Part shown: piece after piece, positions 28,915-43,316 of the stretch | Numbering within the stretch: position 1 is the first letter of the stretch | Layout: every line of letters starts with the position of its first letter | From: Chrysomallon squamiferum | Taxonomy: Eukaryota; Animalia; Mollusca | Assembly (NCBI GenBank): GCA_012295275.1 | Contig: CM022677.1 | Location: 15,438,001 to 15,502,000 of the forward strand | DNA: 64,000 nt | Direction of reading: 5' to 3' | Program-made: the position numbers and the translations under genes | The notes under the pieces: model-generated | The model's input: the letters and a program-made list of their open reading frames with translations, nothing else | Database searches by the model: none | Told to the model about the DNA's origin: nothing

Positions 28915-29394
28915 TCAATATCAAATTTAAATAACAATAATCATAATCATATTAATCATCATGATAATAATAATAATAATTTTAAATTATTAGAAAATTC
29001 GTTTTTTACTGAAATATAGATGAGGAATTCTTCTTTATGTTTGATAACAACAACAGGCAGATGACAGTCAGTTTAAGAAACAACAACAATATAAACAAAT
29101 ATCATTTTAGATGGTCAGTAGTCAAATACAAAATAATTCTAATTAGCATGGACCAACAGGAACGACAATAATGTCGGGAAAAAAAAAAAGAAAAAAGAAA
29201 GAAACATGTAGTACGAAACGAGTACAAGATGGTATGATATCAAAGTTACCAAAAGAAAAGAAAAACAAGTTTCTGCTTTTGCAGCAATTTTTACTCAATA
29301 ATAGACATCTACGAGCCATATTTCTCCAAATTACTTTGAATAGAATTGATTTCATTATGAAGAAGTATGTGTTTAAAAGTTTGTAAACACTGAT

Positions 29395-29460
29395 CGGCGT
29401 TCAACGCTGCCATCTTGGATTTTGATCGGAGGATTCCGTGAGCTCACGGAAGTTTATAAA
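29395..29460 (-). promoter_or_regulatory. Housekeeping-type promoter and start of the LRR gene
   Basis: CpG-containing island. A YY1-like AAGATGGCAGC overlaps the ATG at 29413, and an ETS core CGGAAGT is at ~29447. Confidence 0.55.
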
Positions 29461-30114
29461 TGTCCAAATTCAATTATTTTACGTCTATTTTCTAAACTTT
29501 TTATGATTTACACTGATAAAGATAAGGATGCCTATTCATATAACCAAACCATCATGCCACGTGCCTTTCGTAACTACTTTTTCAACTTAAACTTTTCAAA
29601 CTGGATTATTTTTGTGCAAATGCATGCATAATAAACTAAAATTATAATTCGGTGAAAGATTAATGTATTAATTTTTCTAATTGGCAACAGAAAAATATAT
29701 AAACTTAGATACTACACCATGGTATAGAAGTTGGCTCCTGCATTTTACTTTCCATCCAAAGACAATTATTTTTGGTTTTTCTTATTATTTTTCAAGTTCC
29801 AAACTTGTTTAGATACCTTGTATCTTAGCGGGATTGTCGTAGTTATTATTTAGAGTTACTTCCCCTAGACTCTAAATCAAAGAATTTCAGAATTTAATTT
29901 CCACGTCAAATTATTTTGCAGAATATCTGAATTTGTCCTTACATTGTTATTTCAGTCGGGCAGCATCATTTGCTGTTTTCACTAATTATAAACTGTATTT
30001 CAGGACTGTCGTATAATTATGTATCTTAGAAATACTGTAATCAGTATGAGTCTTAGTAAAACGTATGAACATGTACATTGTAAAATTATCCTATTTTATA
30101 TCCTCAGCACCCGT

Positions 30115-30355
30115 CAGGGGCGTAGCCAGGTTTGAAAGTTAGGGGGAGCGAAAACACGCCATCTCAGTGTGTACATCCTATATTAGAATATATTATTAAT
30201 ATGTCTATTAATGTCGCCGTCGCTACCAACGTATGGGCGTTGTTTTCAACGTTCGAAGTGAAAATTTTTTTAAGAAATTCATTATTTAGTATTAACAATA
30301 AAATATTTGTTGATTTTATGATAATGATTATTGATGGTGTTGGTGTTGTTGTTTA

Positions 30356-30422
<67 letters not shown>

Positions 30423-30960
30423 TGTCAAATATTTTAATTTTTATAGCATAAAACGATTATTTCAGTTTTGTACCCTTGATAAGTCTGTACTATTTATTTA
30501 TGAGATATTTATGGAATTAGATTTAATATATATGCATATTGAAATACATAATTAGTATGAAATAATGAATGCGCGGGCTCTTCATGTTTAAGATAATTCT
30601 TGATTCTCTTCGTTGGCTGAGTAGACTTTCTCAGCGGGCGCATCACCTATTAAAATATATCATTGTAATTTCTATTAATGTCGCCGTCGTTTCCGTTGTA
30701 CGGGGATTGTTCCTGATGTTATTGGTGTACTCCTTTTTCTTTTTTTATTCGCTGTTATTCTTATTGTCTGACTGTGCCTGTCCTATATTAAAATGTATTA
30801 TTATTACCTTTATTAATATCGTCGTCATTACCGTCGTAACGGCGTTGTTTTCAACGTTCTGAATGTCCTTAACCTTATTATTTTGTCTTTTATTAAGTAC
30901 TGTAATTAGTGTCCACATCCTACGTTAAAAAAATATCATTAATATTTCTATTAATGAGGC
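30115..30960 (+). mobile_element. Single hAT-like terminus (CAGGGGCGTAGCCAGG) followed by a degenerate CG-containing subterminal repeat
   Basis: Terminal motif at 30115-30130, then recurrent 'tattaatgtcgccgtcg...cgttgttttcaacgttc' units. A related inverted array lies at 56110-56640. No partner TIR was seen. Confidence 0.4.
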
Positions 30961-33900
30961 CGTCATTGCCGTCGTTCCAGTATTGTTCTTAGCGTCTTGA
31001 TGTACACCTGAGTATTGGTTGGATGGGAAAATGGATCATTGAAAAGAAGAAGCTGAAAGATGAGATTAATGTTCATCAGACACAGGGACACACAGAGATC
31101 AGGATGAATTACATTTAGCTGTAAACTGATAGATAGACCAAACAAGAGATCTTGATATAGATTAAAAGACGACATATATATATATATATGGAAACAAGAT
31201 AGATTGATAGATAGATGGAAACAGAGATAGATAGATAGATTGATATATAGATGGAAACAGAGATAGATAGATAGACTGATAGATAGATGGAAATAGAGAT
31301 AGATAGATATAAAATGAAAAAGGCTGATATGACTGGGTCATAGTTTGTATTCAGTCTAACCTAACATCGCGCCCACTCACCCTTTCCTTTATAACATCTT
31401 ACATCTCATACAGTTTTAGAAAAGATTATTAATCTGTGCCTTTCTCTATTTTCCTACCTTTTGCTAAAACGCGAGAAGTCGCAATATTAACGTCATAAAT
31501 TATATTACACTATAGATTAAAATGATAATTTCAAGTAAAAACATCCATTATAGAGAATACCTGTATATTAGGAAATAGGGAGTGTACTTTCAATTTATTT
31601 AGATTTTTTTTAATTTTAATTTTTATTATTATTATTATTATTATTATTGTTGTTGTTGTTGTTATTATTGTTGTTTTAGTGTTGTTGTTGTTGTTATTAT
31701 TATTATTTATAAATAAATGAAGAAAATTTAAATGATGTTCCGTTATGCAAACAAAGCTATCACGTTTATTTTGTAAAACGATGCAATTTACATTATAAAT
31801 CCAATAATTATAAACAAGTAAAAATAAAGAGTTATTATTAATTAAGGATACCGTGTTTACAAGAATAAATCATATAAGATCACATAATTATAAGCAAGTA
31901 AAATTAAAGTTTTACTTAAGGATACCGCTGATTACACTGATAGTTTTACCAGACTAAGAACGATTTTTCATTAGCAACTGTCGAGGTAATAGTGTAAATA
32001 TGATAACATGTGATATTGATGTGATATTCCCCATCGGAATTTACTACATTAATGCAGAATAATTAGTACTCAGCAAAAATAACTTAGTGTTTTTGTTAAG
32101 ACAATACACTATTTACATTGATTATTTTCGCTGCTTAATTTTATATATATATATATACTTTACGTCTCGCCTTGAAATTAAAAAGGTGAATATCACTCCA
32201 TTTATAATTCATTATTTGCTAATATTTGACAATGTAACCTCAGCTTTTCAGTATACACCTGTCTAGAAAAAGAAAATCAATATTTAATTATCAATACAAT
32301 CTGAGGTACAGCTAAAAAATAATCCTGATTTATTTTGTTAGTAACAGAGAATTGGAATCTGGAAGGTCTCTTTAATTCTGAATTTCTCAACTATCCTTCT
32401 TGAATGAGATCACATTCAGTTAGTTATATGACAAATTATACTGAAAATTACAGGTATGGTTTCACTGTGAACCTTCAGAAATATAGATGGAGCTTCAGTG
32501 TTATAATGTTTTTATTAATAACAGTAGCTTTACATGTGATGTCAAAAATATATCGCGAAATAAAGAGGGCGCATCTAGTGTGACATTCTATAAACATCAG
32601 AACATGTTTCACTGACAAACTAGGATTAACGTTACACGTCGTTATGCAAACAGCACTTGCAGTTTTAACGCGCAGCTGTATTAGACGTCATTAGTTTCTC
32701 AACAGAGGTGTAGCGGTAATATTAACACACTGGTTTGGAAAATACAGCGGCTGTCCTTTTTTAATTAACAATATTAGAACTTTGTGTACCTAACTTGAGA
32801 TACCGCTACGAAATGTCCGTTTTAGTAAAAGTAACGTGATATTTTACTTTGATGATTGTAAATCGTATAACAGAAAGGTATAAAACTGGCAGCTGTAAGT
32901 TATAATTCTATGGCGTTATGAAAATATACTGCTTAATTACCTGCAAAAAGAAAAAGGTGAGAATTAATTGCTGGTTGATATTTACAGTTAAGTATGTTGA
33001 GAAATGTAAATGTCAGATTGTGTTAACACTCTACAGGTTAAATTTAAATCTGAGAGTTAATTCCCTGGACTCACGACAGTTTTACTGATTAGCTGAGAAC
33101 AAACAAGATTAACACGTTATTTTATTACGCGAACATTTTTTTTTTTCTTTACATTCATTAAAAAGTGTACATTAGCGGAAGTTGTATATACTTCACTATT
33201 CTGATTACACCATAACTTCCATATATCCGCTCCCCAGTAACAATCAGTTTGTCAGTGAAATAGCATCACAATCCTTTCTATATGGGATATTCAAATTATA
33301 TTAATTACAGATTATCGATTATATTATTGAACAAATAATCTGGAATTTCATTCTAGGTTAACTTACTTTTCTCAGAGGTTTTAAAAAAAAAAATCTGATA
33401 TATTCTTAATTACATAATTAGATAAATAGTAGCTGCATTTTAGATTAATCATGTAATTTCAGGTAGGGAGAGATGTAAATTGTGTCGCGGAATGTCATGT
33501 TACAGCGGTCATAAAACAAAGTATCACATTCTGACACTGAAAGGTGCACAGTTAATTTTCAGTATATCAATACAATAGTAAATACAGCATTCATCTAGAA
33601 CTTCACGCGTTTCTGTATAGTCTTATTATTGTTAATAATAAATAAATCAGCATATGATAAGAAGGACATTGACTTTTTTTGGAAAAAAAAAAAACCAGAT
33701 GTGTTTTTCAATGTTTATAACTTAACTTTTACTATCAGTATACTGAGTTGTATTCCTAATAACATTACCGAAAAAATCTTTTTTTCTTTCTTTGATAACT
33801 ATACACTAATTGTACAATAATAAAAAATAAAATTTACAAACACGAGCATAATTTTAATATTAATAAAGAAGATATTAATATTTAGATGTGGAGTGGATAT

Positions 33901-34676
33901 ATTAAGCTTCTATCTTACGTTAACTTTACAAAGTTATTCAAAACATGATACTATCAAAATATAACGTTAATGTCGTTTATAATAAAATATTGCCTTTTTC
34001 TGATCCCTGGTACATTCATAACAAACATTAAATTTTTTTTCTCAATCTCAGTTTTGTCGTATAAACGGCCGTGATGTTAGCTGAAATCGTTTTTCTTTCT
34101 TAATTCTTTTTTCTTTTGTTTGTTTGTAAATCAGAAAAGCAGAGATCATTTCAGTTACATACACTCAGTGATATTTACAGGTGTTGCTTAACATCAAGAA
34201 ATACTGAGAGATATTCTTTTATTTGTTAATGATCATATTAGAGCTTAATCTAATTCTCGGTTTTGTTGTTGTTGTTTTTTGTGTGTTTTTTTACAATATC
34301 AGGTTTCTAAATAAAGACCAAGCATTAATTCTAGAAGCAAGGGTTCGTTTTAATATTATCATATATTTTAATATTAAATATATAATTTAATATATTAATT
34401 TAAAAATATAGGAGGAAAATGTCCCAAAATAAATAGATGAGTATTTTAAAGATGTTTTTGATTCAGATGGAATTTTTATATTTAATCATATCAAAATTAT
34501 TTAAACATATTAAAATATACTTAATTATTTCAAAATATGTTTAATTATATCTGAATATATTTGTCTTAAACGTTTTATTTGCAACTATGTAGCCACGTAC
34601 TTACCTTTTAATTAACGGTTCTATTTTGTAAACTCTTCAGAACATGAAATATGTTTTAAAATTTTGTGCAAGTGAT

Positions 34677-34727
<51 letters not shown>

Positions 34728-37700
34728 AAGTGTATTTGTGTAAAAATGTAAAATTATCCTATTTAAATTTATTTTGTAAATATGAATGTGTAAGTAAAGT
34801 GCCTTTTGTAAACTGTGAATGCGAAAAAAGGACTCAATATTTTTATTGAAATGATCTACAGCCAACGATCAAGTGGTATTTACATTATCCTCACTTGAAG
34901 AAATCACAGTTGTTTACAATAATCATCTTCTATGAAAAAGGATATATCTTCAGAGATATATCTCCCACTTCAAAGATACTACTGCTATTACTACTAATTT
35001 GTTACTGTTACATCAAAGATACTACTTTTACTACTAATTTGTCAGATAAAGATACTACTGCTATTACTACTAATTTGTCACTGTTACTTCAAAGATACTA
35101 CTGCTATTACCACTATTTTGTTTTGTTGTTGTTAATGCTGTTATCCATTATCATCGTTATATTCATTCCTATTATTTCCCTTAACAGAGTTATTTCCCTT
35201 AGACTACCTAGTCTATGAAATTGACTAGTATTATTAGTAGTAGCAGTAGTAGTAGTATTAGTAGCAGTAGTAGTAGTAATAGTAGTAGTATCTGATTGTG
35301 CATTCTTGATTTATTTCATATATTTCAAATGTTTCTTTACTAAAAACTTAATATTTCTTCATTCATGCTACTCAAAGCAAAAACAAGAATTTAAATTTGT
35401 TACGAAATTCCGTTCTGATACGTGAAAATTTGTATGTTATTTATTATGATTAGAGAAAAAGAGGTTTGGATTTCACTAGGACTGTGATTTTGAATGTCTT
35501 CATAAAAATTTCATTTCACTATAAAAATGTAGTAAACAAATTTCAAATGTAAATCCTGTTTGTCAGCCTTTTCATACTGACACGTTATTTAAATTTCACA
35601 AATATAATGATTTCTAGAGGGTGGCATGTACATCAATTTGAATGTTTAAAAGTTTAAGTTTGTGTGTGTGCGTGTGTCTGTGTGCTTTGTCTATCGTTAA
35701 TTTGTGTTTGTTTTCGGAGACAGAGACATGGAGAGAAACAGAGAGACAGAAATACAGACAGATAGAGAGACAGAGAGCAGAAAATTAAAATAATCTTATA
35801 GACCTTTTAATATACTTATAAATTTATCCATTTAAATAAATTTTCTTAATATAATAACAGATGAAATTTTGATTATTAAGTACGTTATTTGGGTTAATAT
35901 ATCAAAACAATATAAATAAGAATTATCCTCATCAATAGAAATTTGCTTCTCCATTATGATAATGCTAGCTAAAATTTTATAACTGGAAACAAAATAATTT
36001 ATAATATTTAGTTCAACAAAAATACTTTTTCATATGAAAAATATATTTTTAGGAAAACTTCTAAAAATTATAAGATTTCTGATTTATCTGGTAAAACTAT
36101 AATAATAAAATATACAACATGAAATAAAAATGAATACGAAGACATTTGTTTACAAAAAATGTTTTAAATTAATATATAATTTGACAGACAAAGTAACCTG
36201 CAAATTACTAATTAAGTAAATTTATAATTTCTGAGTTTATGTTCCTAACAACAAATACATGCATATGTAGGTTTACACATTTCCTTCCATTTTGTATTTT
36301 ATTAACATATTTGTATTGGGTAAATATTTACCACAAGTCTTGTTATTCTATATTAGGATTACATGATTAAGCAAATTATTCTTTCAGAAAAAAAAACAAA
36401 AAAAAAAAAAAAAAACCAAAAACATGAAACAAGAAATATATTTAAGAAATAATAATATAAAACAAATAAAAAGTCTTCCTTGAAATGAACACTTTTTATT
36501 ATGAAACTTTTTTTTCCCTTTTTTTAACCAGTAACAAATGATTTCTAAGGTCAATCATATTCATCTTCTTTTCAAATTTGTATCATAGGAATTAATCTCA
36601 TATTTTTCACCACTGTTTGAAATACACTTCGAAATAATTATCGTTTTCCCTATCATGTATTGTCTGAATGTTTTTATTTTTCTCACTCATTAGCATCATT
36701 TGAAATATTTGTTCTTGTTTAAGACTGCTGCAGACTTGACTGTACTTGGTGCTGTGTCTGGTCAAACATTTTTCTCACTGCTGTGACTGACTGAAAAAAG
36801 AGGCAGAACTGAATCCAGCATCTGTTTCATGATTTCTGAATCAGTCTGGCATCAACTATCAAAACTTTGATAGCAAAAACTCAAATCTTCATCAAACTTG
36901 GCCATAGATTTTAATTTCTGCTTTCACATGTCTGTGCACTGAACTCCATCAAACCATCCTATAAATAATAATAATAATAAGAAGAAGAAGAAGAAGAAGA
37001 AGGAGAAGAAGAAGAAGAAGAAGAAGCAGAAGAAGAAGAAGAAGAAGAAGAAGAACAACAACAACAACAACAACAAAGGTAATAATTATGATATTAGCAG
37101 CATGAATAACAATAGTGAAAATATCTACTGCTTTAATATTAATACTAATAATATTTATTACAATAAAGTAACACACTCTATACATATACTTGCTGTCAGG
37201 GCTAATTAATTTACTGCTTCAAAACTTACTTATCTATATTTTGCATGAATTTAATTGAAAATATTAAGTAGCTATTGTTTTTTTTAAATTGTTCATTGAA
37301 ATGGGTAGACTTTTGTTAGCCTTTTTTTTTTTTTTTTTTTAAATCTCTTATTAAGAAATATGTAGAAATCTGACTTCCACAGTTACATCAATGACACACG
37401 AGAGACAGACTTTCACTGGAATTGTTTCATTCAGGATGATATTTCTACCACCTGAATCAAAGTGTATAATTACTTGTTGTCTACCATGTCAAGTCTACTG
37501 TTTCAAATTAGTGGAACCTCAAGTCTCAGATCCTAGGTTGCTTAGGTTTGTAAATTGTAATCTTTATTGTAGAGGTATCATGTACTGTTATTTATCATAT
37601 TCAAATAAAAATGAATTTATGTAGCTATTCATGATCTTGCATTTGACCAGCTAGTGGTAACCAGTTTTCAAATGCAGTACTTGGTCACAACCACAAACCT

Positions 37701-38235
37701 CTATCAATTAACTGAACAGTGTAAAAAGGAAATGTCTAAAATTGATGTACTGGAACAATTAGAAGATTATTTTTGTTTGTGATTCAATTATTCAGACACT
37801 TGAGAACACCAAAAAAATACTTTTCCTCCCAGTGAATTATTAATACATTTTATTTAAGGGAAATAAATGAAGTTCCATAAGCCTACTGCAAAATGTGGTC
37901 ACATGGTCACTGAATAAAAATGGAGGCAAAATATATTTCCAAGTGATAATATAAAAGATTAAAAACAAATGTAGACTAACTTTAGTAGAAAACAGTGATT
38001 ATTTCACGTATCACCAGACTGCATGAACCATGTGTGTGTGTGAAATACTAACAGTCTGCTGGATTCTGTTATCTGCAACCTGTTGATGAGTCCTTCCATC
38101 AACACTCTACCAGTCAAAGTTTCTCTTGTGAGATCTCATGTGTCAAAGTTATACAAAAACTAGACTGAGCAGCCACACCAACAGTGACACCTGTAAATAT
38201 TAACAGTAAAATAAATTTCAAATTTAAATTCTTCT

Positions 38236-38279
<44 letters not shown>

Positions 38280-40855
38280 TGAAAACAAAAGTGCAACAGA
38301 AAATATTTGTTTTTAGAATCTGATGTAGTAAACAAATATTTGTGACCATCCAGCACAAAATGGGTTCCTTTCATAAAGTTTACATTTTATGTTTTTAACT
38401 TTTCTAGATGAGCTTTGTCTTAGCAGTGAAAATTATATAAAAATTAAAATGTAGTTCCTGAGATATTAGTGATTGAACATTCTAACTTTTAAAGACAATG
38501 ATGATTGTTTAAACATTTTCCATACCAATAACTATTCCATATTAAAAGGTTCATTAAAGAATGGCCTGATGTTTGAAGACAGTGTCTAGTTTGTTTTTGT
38601 ACATCAGTTTATTTTCAAAGAAGAAATTCCCAAAATATACATTTTTGACTGAATGAATTAAACTAGAAATACCTGATAAACAGTAATAATTGAATATTCA
38701 TTAAACAACATTAAAAACATAAAATTATAAAATGAGATGTTGGTTGAGAACAAAAGATATCACCGCTATGTAAAAAGTCTTCAGCTGTATTTTTCTGTAT
38801 TTTCTTATCACATATTAAAACATTTCCGTATACATAAAATAATCTCATATTAATGCTTCAACATTTTCAGCATTATAATCATTTAAAATATATTTTCTCA
38901 TTATGCATAATTCCAAGCTTTCACAAAATCTGTGCTTGTAGCTGAAAGTTAGTTTGGAAAATGTGTGCACTCTTTTGACTTCTTTACATCGTTCTGGTAT
39001 TGAGGAATGAGAGGAAGTCTGTCATACAATCTACAGTTTACTGCCCTTTATCTTAATTTCATTACTAAAACTATACAATGTGGTATCTGACTCATATCAT
39101 GCGGGTTACTCACGTTGGATGTTTTTAAAAATTGACATACTATTGAACTATTTAATTCTTATTATTTTAAAAATTATTAATATTATAAATAATCAAAAGA
39201 TGTACTAATAAAAAGTGTAAAATAAACTGTCAGTGTAAAATAAAGTTTAAGTTTGTGAATTAATAAAAGAAAGAAACAAAACTCAGATGAACTGGTCACC
39301 TGTAGACTGCACCGTTTTCTCTTTTCTAAAAGTGTGAAAATGTTTTGAGATAAATCTGATTAACACATTATTTTTATTATGTACAAGCAGTTTCAAACTT
39401 AAATAAGTGTGTTAAATACTGCAACTTTTTATCCTACATTAATTAATAGTTTTACATTAAAGGGAAGAGCAAAAGGTTAATTATAAAATTGTTTAGTTCC
39501 TCAAAAATTAAGAACTAAAATGACTCACTTTCATTTCTAAACATGAACAAAATATTTTTTTTTTACTAAAACTTTATAGAGCTGTCCCACAATTAACAAT
39601 TGACTATAAAACCCCAAACATTATAATTTAGAACATTCACTTTTCTTTTGAAAACCAAGTTACTGTCACAAACACAATTAAAAACTAATTATTTGCTTGG
39701 ATATGTATACCATTTTAAATGAGATAATAAGAATAACAAAAAAATAATAAAAATAAATAGCCATCTATAATATTTTATTTTAAAACTATTTAAAAATCTG
39801 TTTTTACCAAATACAACATTCATAAATGATGAATTGCTGCTATCATTATACTGTTACTGACTGTTATCTCTGTCAATAGAATAACATTAAAACTATTTTT
39901 CTGAAGAATCTAAATCAAATACAACAAGGTGTAACAAAGTACCTGATGTAAATGAAGATTTTATAACATAGCTGGGATCCTTCCTCCAGTTTGTCCAGAT
40001 TGTAGTCAGCCAATGATTCACCAGAAATCTTCACAGTCAGGTAGACTTGTAGTATCTCACACCAGAGAACTGTGTGAAATAACAAAAATATGTGATATAC
40101 TGAAATTTAAAAAACAATCATATTTAGCCATCATCACAGAAGCCATAAAACAAATATTTATAATAATAACAATAATAAAAAATAAATAACAATAATGATG
40201 ATGATGATTAAAAACAGATAAATAAGTTATAATAATAATAATGATGACAGTAACAAGAAAAACAATAAACTGCAATCATGAATAAATAAATAATCCATTT
40301 AGTGAAGGACCCTGCCTAATAATAAAGGTTATTTCATGATTTTATCTTCTCATTTTTCATTATTTTCCCCATTCCTTGACTGTTGAAGACTACTTAATTA
40401 CTGCATACATACATTAAATTCCTTATAAATGTTACACTGAAATAAAACTTTTGCCACACACCAGAGGAAAGTGATTTCAACTTTTTTTTCAGATAATCTT
40501 CCCAGGTACCTTCTTGAAAAAACAAAATTGGCATCTATGAAAAGAAAAAATCAGAACAATAAATTGTATCTGATCATTCCTTGAAGCTAAACTTTATATC
40601 AAACAACATTTATAATTAAAATAAAACATATATCTGTGATACTTAAGGACTGTCATTCTTATAAACTAAATAAAAATTAAAAAAACAAAAACAACTAACC
40701 TCTGAATCCAGTGAAAATGCAGGTGACATCACATCACCAAAAGCAGATCAAAATGCTGAAGAAGGATTTCCACTTTCAGCAACAAGCAGTCACAGTTTCT
40801 GAAATACTGAACATAGAAAAAACTGAGTTGTATAAGCACATAACAAAATACATGC
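30630..40855. repeat. Inner inverted-duplication arm, left
   Basis: Collinear reverse complement of 47458-56370, roughly 90-95% identical by eye with several indels. Confidence 0.97.
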
Positions 40856-42534
40856 ATAAAAATACAATAAATGGTTATAGTAAAAAAACATTTATCTAAT
40901 TATATATTTCTCTACATAAACTATTTAAATAAACCTATTTAACAATAAAAAGAAAAAAAAAAAAAACTCTGACTATAAGACAGTTATCTCTCTATTATTT
41001 GAAATGTTAGAGATCATACATTACTTTACTTTTCATATTACAGAAACACAGACAAGGAAATTCTAATGCTGTGTAAATGAATAAATACACATATTATTTA
41101 GTATATCAATACATTTTCTTTGAGGAAATTTCTTACAAAACCCCAGTTGGAAATGAAGCTCAGATTATTTGCATATAATGGATGCATCATAAATAATCAT
41201 AACCATAATGCAAAATAAATTCAATTATGAACTAAGCCAAGTAAAACTATCTAAAACATTTGAACATTCTAAATATAAAAGTATCTGTGTCTTAAAACTT
41301 ATATGTGGCTCTTACTACAGAAATGGGGTTTATGGTTTTTCTGACAAGTCTAGATCCAGTTTCTTCAGTACACTCCTGTACCTCATCATGCAGCTTGAGG
41401 ACTTTGTAACCTACTTAAACACTGCAAACTCTGATCAGACTGAGTGAATGTACACTCTGATCTTCATCTACAATGGTAAGCCCTGTTTCTGCAGTCAGAA
41501 CCACACATAACAATAACAACCCATTCTTCCAGTTAAAGGACACAACTGATTTATACATTTGTCAACTTTACAATCTCATCAACCAGTGAAAGTGAGTCTT
41601 CTGATTCCTCACTGATCAAAAAGTCAAGTGGAAAGCTTTCCCTGCAGCACAGTGTAATCATTCTTCCTAAGACCAATTACTTGTTCAAGATGAATCTAAC
41701 ATGGTCAGTTTGTCTCAACATCCACAGACAGTGATGTGAAACACCATTAGAAAACATGGGATTTGTTCATTTACACACACAGCAATGTCAAACTTAGTCT
41801 GCTAATACTAAGAAGTTTATTCAATAAAATAAACCAAATATGTTGTATAAAATATGTCCAAGTCTGTGCTCATTAAGATTTTTAAGATACTGTATAAATA
41901 GTTTAGGACAATCTGTTACCACTACTGTCTTCTGATCAAAGTGTTTTCTGACTTCTAGAAGCACTGTTTTTCAGGATTAATGTAAAATGGTATATGTCCT
42001 TTACCTCACCTTGATCTTGACCTACATAATTTTCAGTTATCCTTGTGTTAATGGAGTATCAGACTGAAATTACACTTACTAGTTCATCTGGTGTTGGGAT
42101 TCAGAGAAACAGTGGCTTCCAGTTATCTCCCCTTGACTGGAAATACATCAGCTGTGGTGGGTGATGTTTGAGGAGGTTTCCTAGGCTTTGTTGGGGATGT
42201 TGTCCTCTTTCTGGGAGTTTCGTCTCTTTCCTCTGCTTTTCAATGATTTAAGTGTTTTTCTTTGGCTGGTTTTACCTCAGCTGGCATTAAAGGTTCAAGT
42301 TTTTCTCCATGATCACTGACATTTGACTGTTGAGATTGGTCACCTGGTGTAACTCTCTTCAACTTCATGCTGTCAGAACCATTGTAGTTCAACATGGTTG
42401 GCTGCAGTGTTGGTGGGTCTCAAATTCACCAACATTGAGCTGCTCATTGGTAAAACTTTCACACAACATTAACCAAGAAAGTGGACAACTCACTGGTCTG
42501 ATTCTGATTGATGGGTGACTTGTCTGAGTAGATA

Positions 42535-42810
42535 AATAAATAAATAAACAAATCAATAAATCTCTCAATAAAATACTGAATCAAATATTAAATAAATAAA
42601 CAAACAATCAAATAAACAAATCAAATATTAAATAAATAAACAAACAATCAAATATTAAATAAATAAACAAACAATTAAATAAACAAATCAAACATTAAAT
42701 AAATTTTCAAAATTTAAACAAATCAAACATTAAATAAATAAACAAATCAAATATTAAATAAATAAACAAATCAAACATTAAATAAATAAACAAATCAAAT
42801 ATTAAATTAA
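42535..42810. repeat. AT-rich ~23-27 bp satellite
   Basis: aatcaaatattaaataaataaac(aaac) is repeated. Confidence 0.9.
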
Positions 42811-43281
42811 AAGCATTAATTTTTCTTTTTTTTTTTTCCCATAACAAAGAAATTTATTTTATACTGTTATTGTTATAATTACTACAACAAAAACAACCGG
42901 TACTACTACTACAACTACTGCTCCTGTTGCCACATAACAATTTCTCATTTAACTGTTACATACTAATTACTATTAGTACTGCTACTACTACAACTAGTAA
43001 TATGACTACAGCTAGTATTTTTCTGACCATTAGTCCCACAAGATACATTATGATCACAAAGCATCATCGGGTAAAATATCACTGCAAACAAGAACTATTA
43101 TTATCAAGTACTTATGCTATAACAACTACAACAATGGGTTGTACTACTATTACTGCTATTACTACAACAACAACAACAACCTCTGCAGATGCTCCTGTTT
43201 CTGCCAGGTTAGTAGATTCTTTGATGACATTTCTGTGCTGTGGCAACCTCACAGAAGCAGTTTCTGAAAAACACCAGTCTT

Positions 43282-43316
<35 letters not shown>

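Larger units (their letters stand above)
23600..29413 (-). pseudogene. Spliced leucine-rich-repeat (RI-like LRR) pseudogene; exons 29413-~29250, 27530-27369, 27256-27178, 26298-26173, 24297-24059, 23867-23659
   Basis: GT-AG bounded exons read: MAALNADQCLQTFKHILLHNEINSIQSNLEKYGS*; LKNKQLAPTTPVPP*ISRQTDNTTP...; VLNLSGNSFGPQAFRAVCLAMCSNTTVIFLSLATNKTDTESA (intact 126 nt, LxLxxN motif twice); KFTNLKHVSLRKAKLNSSTFGQLPLLMSLTQLATINLDGL; HPFSVLHLSDN. There are multiple in-frame stops and frameshifts. Confidence 0.8.

Noticed and set aside
39943-41800. Gene X as an HMGXB3/KDZ-type transposase because of 'DCEDFW'
   Set aside because: The match is only a few residues and no CxC pattern could be rebuilt.
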